From Thermosynechococcus sp. M98_K2018_005 (lineage in GTDB: Bacteria; Cyanobacteriota; Cyanobacteriia; Thermosynechococcales; Thermosynechococcaceae): DNA of 64,000 nt. Below, in pieces: positions 58,007 to 64,000 of the stretch (positions within the stretch are counted from its first letter, which is position 1; each line of letters begins with the position of its first letter). The position numbers were made by a program, and so were the translations under genes. Under the pieces are notes generated by a model. That model worked only from the letters and a program-made list of their open reading frames with translations. It was not told where the DNA came from and did no database searches. The DNA is taken from positions 1,382 to 65,381 of the forward strand of contig NZ_DVEH01000027.1 in the NCBI RefSeq assembly GCF_015295825.1, given 5' to 3'.

Positions 58007-59650
58007 CTAATCTGCCCAGCGGGTGTGCCGCCCCAGCCAAATGACCGGGATGAGACCCACGACCACCAAGGCCAAAGCACTTAAGGCGGCTTCGGGAAGT
58101 CGCTCATCAGAGGCAAAGCGGTAAACCTGTATTGCTAGGGTATCAAAGTTAAAGGGGCGAATCACCAATGTGGCCGGCAATTCCTTCATCACATCGACAA
58201 AGACCATCAGGGCAGCGGTGAAAAGGCCGGGCACCATCAGCGGGAAGTGAACAGTGCGCAGAATATTCCAGGGCGATCGCCCCAATGTCCGCGCCACCTC
58301 ATCCAAGGAAGGACGAATCTTCACTAGGCTGGCCTCAACACTGCCCAAGGAAACCGCCAAAAAGCGTACCAAGTAGGCATAGATCAGGGCTGTGATCGTG
58401 CCACTGAGAATCAAGCCCACTGCCACCCCCCACAAGTGCTCAGTGACATCATTAATGACGTTATCTAACCACCCCAAGGGCATGAGAATGCCCACCGCAA
58501 TCACTGTACCGGGAATGGCATAGCCCATAGCCGCAATCTGTGTTCCCCAACGCACCCAAACCGTTGGCAGCAAGCGATGCCCATAGGCCAACAGCAGGGC
58601 AATACCCACCGCTAAAACTGCGGAGAGGGTGGCCAAAATCAGGCTGTGGCTGGCGTGTTCTAAAAATTCACGGCTGAGGTACAGTTGTTGGTAGCTGATG
58701 GCCAAGTAGAGGAGCAACCCGCCGGGGAGTAGGAGACCAAAGAACACCGGTAGGGCACAGACGAGCCAAGCTAAAGCCGCTCGCCATCCTTTGAGTACAT
58801 AGGGAATGGGGCGATCGCCACCGCGATTATAATAGCGTGCCTTGCCCCGAGACCATTTTTCCACTAGCAGTAGGGCAAAAACAATGACCACCAAAACTGA
58901 GGCCAACTGCGCCGCCGCCACGCGATCGCCCATGCCAAACCAAGTGCGGTAAATCCCGACGGTAAAGGTATCAACACCAAAGTACTGAACGGTACCAAAA
59001 TCATTGAGGGTTTCCATGAGGGCGAGGCTCGTACCCGCAGCGATCGCTGGCCGAGCAAGGGGCAACGCCACCGTCCAAAAACTGCGCCAAGGACTACAGC
59101 CAAGGGAACGACTGGCTTCTAAGCTACAGGTGGCCTGCTCCAAAAAGGCTACCCGCGCCAAGAGAAAGACATAGGGATAGAGAACGAGGGTGAGCAGGGC
59201 GATCGCCCCGCCTAGGGAGCGGATATTGGGAAACCAATAGTCACCGTAGCCCCAGCCCGTTAGTTCCCGCAGCCATGCCTGAATCGGACCTTCAAAGGCA
59301 AAAAACTCCGTATAGGTGTAGGCCAACACATAGGCCGGTGCCGCCAAAGGGGTCAATAGCAGCCATTGCCACCAGCGCACGCCCCAAAATTGACAGTTGG
59401 TGACCAGCCATGCCGTACTGACACCAATCACAACGACGCCTATCCCCACCCCCAACATCAACCAGAGGGAGTTCAACAAGTAGTCGGGCAAAACCGTTGT
59501 CACCAAATGCTGCCAAGTGTTACCCGTATTAACAAAGACTTGACTGAGAATGACAAGAATGGGCACGGCAATCACAAGGGCAATCAGCCACACCAGTAAC
59601 TCCCAAGGTTTCAGGCGAACCCACCGAGGTAGACTTAGGGATTTCGACAC
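58007..59650 (-). CDS. Iron(III) ABC transporter permease, fused two-domain type (FutB/HitB-like)
   Basis: 547 aa with about 12 TM segments. There are two MetI-like permease domains, each with an EAA-like loop (EASRSLGCSPWRSF, EVARTLGRSPWNIL). Confidence 0.85.
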   Translation of the reverse strand: MSKSLSLPRWVRLKPWELLVWLIALVIAVPILVILSQVFVNTGNTWQHLVTTVLPDYLLNSLWLMLGVGIGVVVIGVSTAWLVTNCQFWGVRWWQWLLLTPLAAPAYVLAYTYTEFFAFEGPIQAWLRELTGWGYGDYWFPNIRSLGGAIALLTLVLYPYVFLLARVAFLEQATCSLEASRSLGCSPWRSFWTVALPLARPAIAAGTSLALMETLNDFGTVQYFGVDTFTVGIYRTWFGMGDRVAAAQLASVLVVIVFALLLVEKWSRGKARYYNRGGDRPIPYVLKGWRAALAWLVCALPVFFGLLLPGGLLLYLAISYQQLYLSREFLEHASHSLILATLSAVLAVGIALLLAYGHRLLPTVWVRWGTQIAAMGYAIPGTVIAVGILMPLGWLDNVINDVTEHLWGVAVGLILSGTITALIYAYLVRFLAVSLGSVEASLVKIRPSLDEVARTLGRSPWNILRTVHFPLMVPGLFTAALMVFVDVMKELPATLVIRPFNFDTLAIQVYRFASDERLPEAALSALALVVVGLIPVIWLGRHTRWAD

Positions 59651-59692
59651 GGCACGACCTCCGAAAACAGGCGCTCACTTTCTCAAAAAGAC

Positions 59693-60559
59693 TCAAAGAA
59701 TCGTCAAACTAAAATCTAGCCAAGGCGATCGCGTCATCATCGCACTGGTAGAAATGTAGTCCACCCCTGTCAAGGCCACCGCTCGCAAGGTTTCTAGGGT
59801 GATATTGCCAGAGGCTTCAATTTTAGTGTGGGGGGCTGCGGCGCGGATTATCGCCACCGCTTTGGTCATCTCTGGAATCGGCATATTGTCGAGCATGATC
59901 ACCTCTACCCCCAAGGAGAGGGCTTCGCGCACCTGCTCTAGCGTCTCAGTTTCCACCTCAATGGCCAAGGGAAAGGGACTGGCTTGGCGGACTTTTTCAA
60001 CCGCAGCCGTGATGCCCCCCGCTGCCACAATGTGGTTGTCCTTAATCATAATTGCATCGTCAAGGCCAAAGCGATGGTTGACACCGCCCCCCACCGCCAC
60101 CGCATATTTTTCTAACAGGCGCAGTCCGGGCGTTGTTTTGCGGGTATCCACGAGTTGCGTCGGCAAGTCAGCAATTTGCTGGGCATAGGTACGGGTGAGG
60201 GTGGCAATGCCACTGAGGCGCATCAAGCAATTGAGAGCCAGCCGTTCACCCAGGAGTAAGGTTTCTAGGGGAGCTTCAATCCGAGCAACAATTGTCGGCG
60301 CCTCACAAAGGGTGCCCTCGGCCTGCTCGTAGGTAAACACTACCGCTGCTGTCAGGCGTTGGAACACCCGCTCCACAATGGGCAGACCGGCAATCACTCC
60401 CTGACTTTTGAGACGGATATGGGCTTTTCCTTGGCGATCTTGGAGATGCAGGGCTTGCGTGGTGCGATCGCCCCGACCGATGTCCTCCTGTAACCATTGA
60501 TCCAAGAGGGGATCTAAGACACACCACGGCGGCAAATAGGCAGACACCCTAGGACTCAT
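59693..60559 (-). CDS. nadC: Nicotinate-nucleotide pyrophosphorylase (carboxylating)
   Basis: QPRTase motifs are present: [26 protein letters not shown] and IMLDNM. Confidence 0.95.
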   Translation of the reverse strand: MSPRVSAYLPPWCVLDPLLDQWLQEDIGRGDRTTQALHLQDRQGKAHIRLKSQGVIAGLPIVERVFQRLTAAVVFTYEQAEGTLCEAPTIVARIEAPLETLLLGERLALNCLMRLSGIATLTRTYAQQIADLPTQLVDTRKTTPGLRLLEKYAVAVGGGVNHRFGLDDAIMIKDNHIVAAGGITAAVEKVRQASPFPLAIEVETETLEQVREALSLGVEVIMLDNMPIPEMTKAVAIIRAAAPHTKIEASGNITLETLRAVALTGVDYISTSAMMTRSPWLDFSLTIL

Positions 60560-61568
60560 TGGAGAGCGTCACCAATGCCTGTAACTTGTCCCATGCCGCA
60601 CCACTGGCCAGAATCGCCTTTGCCCGATCGACGCCTTCCCACCAATCTTGAACTGCTGCTGCCACGTAGAGGGCTAAGGCTGCATTGAGCGCCACCACCT
60701 CCTGCTGAGCCGTCGTGCCTTTTCCCTGCAGAACTTGGGTAAGAATCTCGGCATTGGTCTGGACATCTCCCCCAGCCAGAGCCCTCAGGGGCGCACTGGC
60801 GAGTCCCAAGGCTTGGGGATCGAGGACTTCTTGGCGCAGCGACTCCTCAGGGCTGCTAAACATCACGAGATCCGTCATATTGCCGAGGGTAGCTTCATCC
60901 ACCCCTTCCCGACCATAGAGGACAATCCCGCGTTGGCGTCCGAGACGTTGTAGGGCGCCGGCCATGGCTTCAAGATAGCGATCGCTAAAGACACCAATGA
61001 CCTGCCCCGTGGGGCGGAGCGGATTCACCAAAGGACCGAGGAGATTAAAGACGGTGCGAATTTTCAGGGTGCGGCGCAGGGGAGCGACGGCTTTCATGGC
61101 GGGATGCCAACCGGGGGCAAAGAGGAACGTAATCCCCACCTCCTTGAGTAAAAAGGCGGGATCGCCGTGGGCAAGGTTGACCCCAAGGCACTCAAGGACA
61201 TCCGCTGAACCGACGCGGCTAGAGACTGAACGATTGCCGTGCTTGGCCACTTTGACGCCGGCTGCTGCTACAACAAAGGCAACCGCTGTGGAGATATTAA
61301 AGGTACCGGCGCGATCGCCCCCGGTGCCGCAGGTATCAATGAGGGGTTCAGCTAAATTTAGGGGCGCACCTGCGGACTGAGCCAATAATACATTGGCCAT
61401 GCCCGTGAGTTCCTCAACCGTTAGCCCCTTGAACTGCAATGCGGTGAGAATGGCACCGGAGAGGGCATCGGGAATTTCTGCTGCCAGCCATCCTTGCATT
61501 AACTGGGTGGCCTGCTCTTGCGTCAGGGCTTGGCGATCGAGGAGTTGTTGGAGCAGGTCAGACCACAT
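60549..61568 (-). CDS. trpD: Anthranilate phosphoribosyltransferase
   Basis: Motifs [20 protein letters not shown] and FNLLGPL.NP. The 3' end overlaps nadC by 11 nt. Confidence 0.95.
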   Translation of the reverse strand: MWSDLLQQLLDRQALTQEQATQLMQGWLAAEIPDALSGAILTALQFKGLTVEELTGMANVLLAQSAGAPLNLAEPLIDTCGTGGDRAGTFNISTAVAFVVAAAGVKVAKHGNRSVSSRVGSADVLECLGVNLAHGDPAFLLKEVGITFLFAPGWHPAMKAVAPLRRTLKIRTVFNLLGPLVNPLRPTGQVIGVFSDRYLEAMAGALQRLGRQRGIVLYGREGVDEATLGNMTDLVMFSSPEESLRQEVLDPQALGLASAPLRALAGGDVQTNAEILTQVLQGKGTTAQQEVVALNAALALYVAAAVQDWWEGVDRAKAILASGAAWDKLQALVTLSNES

Positions 61569-61605
61569 TGAACCGTGTAGGCAGAGAACCGAGACTGAAT
61601 TAGAC

Positions 61606-61959
61606 TTAATTGAGTTGTTGCTGGCGCTGGCGTGCCTGCCAATAGTGCATCGGTAAGCAAAGCAGCGAAGAGGTGGTGAGCAAAAAGGCCAAGAGTGCGG
61701 TGATGTTGCACATTTGACCTAAATCGGTGTTTTCTAATGGTACAGCGATTTGCAGACCCCGCGCACCACAATAGACGAGCCAATAGACAAAGATCATGCG
61801 CCAAAGGGTTTCACCATAGACCTCTTGGGGGGAATACTCCCGCAGGGGAAATTGTTTTTCCTCTTGATAAGCCGTGTACAAGAGCCAGCTTAAACCAATC
61901 AGAGCGGCGATCGCTGAAACAATTAAGATTCCCACTGACCAAGAAGCAGCCACTGTCAT
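61606..61959 (-). CDS. Hypothetical membrane protein
   Basis: 117-aa ORF with 3-4 hydrophobic helices. Confidence 0.45.
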   Translation of the reverse strand: MTVAASWSVGILIVSAIAALIGLSWLLYTAYQEEKQFPLREYSPQEVYGETLWRMIFVYWLVYCGARGLQIAVPLENTDLGQMCNITALLAFLLTTSSLLCLPMHYWQARQRQQQLN

Positions 61960-62055
61960 TGTCCTTTTGCACTCCTTATCATCAGCACATCGTTCCTCAG
62001 TCTAGGGGAGTCATTTGCAAGGGATGACAATTGCTAACAATTTGAAATTTTTACA

Positions 62056-63552
62056 TCAACATAATTTACAAATGCCCTCTAGGTTCAGGTGAGCCATCAC
62101 GGCTTCCGTGAGTTGATCCAGTGCGACAGACCGTTGCTCAGCGTAGTGGGGAATGGCTGTGGGTAGGGGGGGCAGTTGGCGGCGCGATCGCAACCTATTG
62201 AGCCAATAGCGGCGCCAAGCACCATTTTCCAATAGCCCATGCAGATAGGTGCCCCAAAGGGTGCCCGCTGCATTAACAAGGCCGAGTTCTGAGGCAGTAA
62301 AAAGGGGCTGCCAACCTTCGAGATCACCTGTGTATTCACTTTGGCCTTGGTGAATCTCATAGCCCACGATCGGCTCAGGACAGGGGAAATACAGCGATTG
62401 GGTTTGCTGTTGCTGAGTACATTTGCTTACCCCCAATTGCGTGTGCAGCGGCATGAGTCCCAGTCCTTCATAGGTGCCAGGGCAGCCCTCTAATCCCAGA
62501 GGATCACTGATGGTAGCACCCAAAATCTGCCAACCGCCGCAAATGCCGAGAATGGTTCCCCCTTGGGCAGCGTAGGCTTGGAGTTGCTTTGCCATTCCCG
62601 TTTCCTGTAGGACGTGGAGATCGGCAATCGTCGTTTTCGTCCCCGGCAGGATCACGGCATCGGGTTGCCCCAAGGGACGATGGGGGGCCAGAAACTCAAG
62701 GGAGACACTGGGTTCCGCCAGCAGGGGATCCACATCGGTGAAGTTGGCAATACGCGGTAGTCGAATGACTGTAATTTTCAAGTCTGCTCCTTGGCGTTGG
62801 GGACGCGGGTCCCATAGATCAAGGGAATCTTCGGCAGCATAGTGGCGCTCCAGCCATGGAATCACCCCTAAAACCGGTACCCCCGTGGTCTCCTCTAGCC
62901 ATTGCACACCACTGTCAAGGAGCGATCGCTGGCCGCGAAATTTATTAATCACAATCCCCTGAATGAGCGATCGCTCAGCGGGGTCAAGAAGCATCAATGT
63001 CCCGACAATGTGGGCAAACACCCCGCCCCGATCAATATCCGCCACAAGAATCGTCGGTGCTCCAAGATAGGTGGCCACCCGCATATTCGTGAGATCGCGG
63101 TGCTTGAGATTGATTTCTGCCGGTGACCCTGCGCCTTCACACACAATCCAATCAAACCGTTGTTGGAGATCCGCCAAGGCCTCGGTAATTGCCTGCCAAC
63201 CCCGCTCAAAATAGTCCCGATAGTAGTCTGCCGCTTGGGTGACCCCCGCCACTTGTCCCTTGAGAATCACTTGAGAGGTCATGTTGCCTTGGGGCTTGAG
63301 GAGAATTGGATTCATTGCCACTTCAGGTTCTATCCCTGCCGCCCAGGCCTGCATTGCTTGGGCATAGCCAATTTCGCCGCCCTCACGGGTGACGTAGGCA
63401 TTCAAAGCCATATTCTGTCCCTTAAAGGGGGTGACACGGTAGCCCTGCTGCGCCAGCCAACGACAAATCACCGCTGTGAGGAGCGATTTACCCGCATGGG
63501 ACGTGGTTCCCACTACCATCAGGGATTTAGCATTCATGGTCGAGTTGATCAT
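62056..63552 (-). CDS. cobQ: Cobyric acid synthase
   Basis: N-terminal P-loop LMVVGTTSHAGKS plus a C-terminal GATase1-like domain (ICGGWQILG, YEIHQG). ATG 63552 forms TAATG with the upstream stop; the track start at 63663 would overlap the neighbour by 112 nt. Confidence 0.9.
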   Translation of the reverse strand: MINSTMNAKSLMVVGTTSHAGKSLLTAVICRWLAQQGYRVTPFKGQNMALNAYVTREGGEIGYAQAMQAWAAGIEPEVAMNPILLKPQGNMTSQVILKGQVAGVTQAADYYRDYFERGWQAITEALADLQQRFDWIVCEGAGSPAEINLKHRDLTNMRVATYLGAPTILVADIDRGGVFAHIVGTLMLLDPAERSLIQGIVINKFRGQRSLLDSGVQWLEETTGVPVLGVIPWLERHYAAEDSLDLWDPRPQRQGADLKITVIRLPRIANFTDVDPLLAEPSVSLEFLAPHRPLGQPDAVILPGTKTTIADLHVLQETGMAKQLQAYAAQGGTILGICGGWQILGATISDPLGLEGCPGTYEGLGLMPLHTQLGVSKCTQQQQTQSLYFPCPEPIVGYEIHQGQSEYTGDLEGWQPLFTASELGLVNAAGTLWGTYLHGLLENGAWRRYWLNRLRSRRQLPPLPTAIPHYAEQRSVALDQLTEAVMAHLNLEGICKLC

Positions 63553-64000
63553 TACTTCACTGCCTGCGGTACCCTTTCCAACAGTTCTGGGGCGAGGGAT
63601 TGGGTCAGGTTCAGGCCATGGGTGGGCGAACTCAACGCCATTGCTGCGGCCGGTGTCAGCCATTGCCGCGCCTGTTCATCCCCTAGAAGGTGCAAGCGTA
63701 AAAAGGCCAAGCTCAATCCTTGCAAATAAGTGCGCGATCGCGGGGGCATGGCACCGACGAGTGCCTTTGGCACAGGCAAGACAGCTTCATTTTGACCAGC
63801 CTCACCAATTGTCGAAAAATGGGTCGCATTGTCCATCAAGACAAGGTAGCGATCAGGCGTCGTCAGCCACGTAAAGGGATAAATTTGCTCCTCGACCGCT
63901 GGGGCGATCGTATCGTTACTGGCAGCCACAAACATAACGGGGGTTTTCAACTGACTCAAGGATTCAGGACTAAAGACCGCACTGGTAATCGGGTTAACAG
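63552..64000 (-). CDS. Alpha/beta hydrolase fold protein (truncated; N-terminus lies beyond window end)
   Basis: The frame stays open from 64000 through the track ORF (63552-63959). The C-terminal hydrolase pattern reads PVMFVAASNDTIAP...MDNATHFS (Asp and His of the triad). Confidence 0.55.
   Translation of the reverse strand, partial: VNPITSAVFSPESLSQLKTPVMFVAASNDTIAPAVEEQIYPFTWLTTPDRYLVLMDNATHFSTIGEAGQNEAVLPVPKALVGAMPPRSRTYLQGLSLAFLRLHLLGDEQARQWLTPAAAMALSSPTHGLNLTQSLAPELLERVPQAVK

Noticed and set aside
63160-63729. 189-aa plus-strand ORF.
   Set aside because: It is antisense to cobQ and the hydrolase gene, and no recognisable domain is present.

Overview
The window is a gene-dense, mostly core chromosomal segment of a cyanobacterium. 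The evidence is the very frequent HIP1 octamer GCGATCGC and the gene content: ycf48, membrane-anchored rubredoxin rubA, phycobiliprotein lyase cpcS, vipp1, an SLH-domain porin and an FdC2-like ferredoxin. The sequence looks Thermosynechococcus-like; that call rests on my recollection of the Ycf48 and CpcS sequences and local gene order, not on a search. I call about 69 protein-coding genes (two truncated at the window edges) and two tRNAs (Gln-UUG, Lys-UUU), plus a few candidate promoters, terminators and intragenic tandem repeats. I saw no rRNA, CRISPR array, transposase or prophage. Genes are tightly packed, with many ATGA/TAATG same-strand overlaps, and four convergent pairs share overlapping stop codons. 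The best candidate for an undescribed system is at 35658-37326. There a protein fuses an N-terminal HSDR_N / PD-(D/E)xK nuclease-like domain to a ParA/Soj-type ATPase. Its 3' end overlaps by 17 nt a low-GC 76-aa ORF built from 18-residue (54-nt) helical repeats. Secondary leads are an orphan NurA-like nuclease coupled to lnt, and a stand-alone tandem T2SSE_N/MshEN-like protein in a low-GC patch next to a Crp-family regulator. Others are a ProA-like protein that appears to lack the catalytic Cys, an EF-Ts with a repetitive C-terminal extension, and a strand-specific 15-bp hairpin with no obvious gene. All functional calls come from motif recognition by eye; no database search was run.
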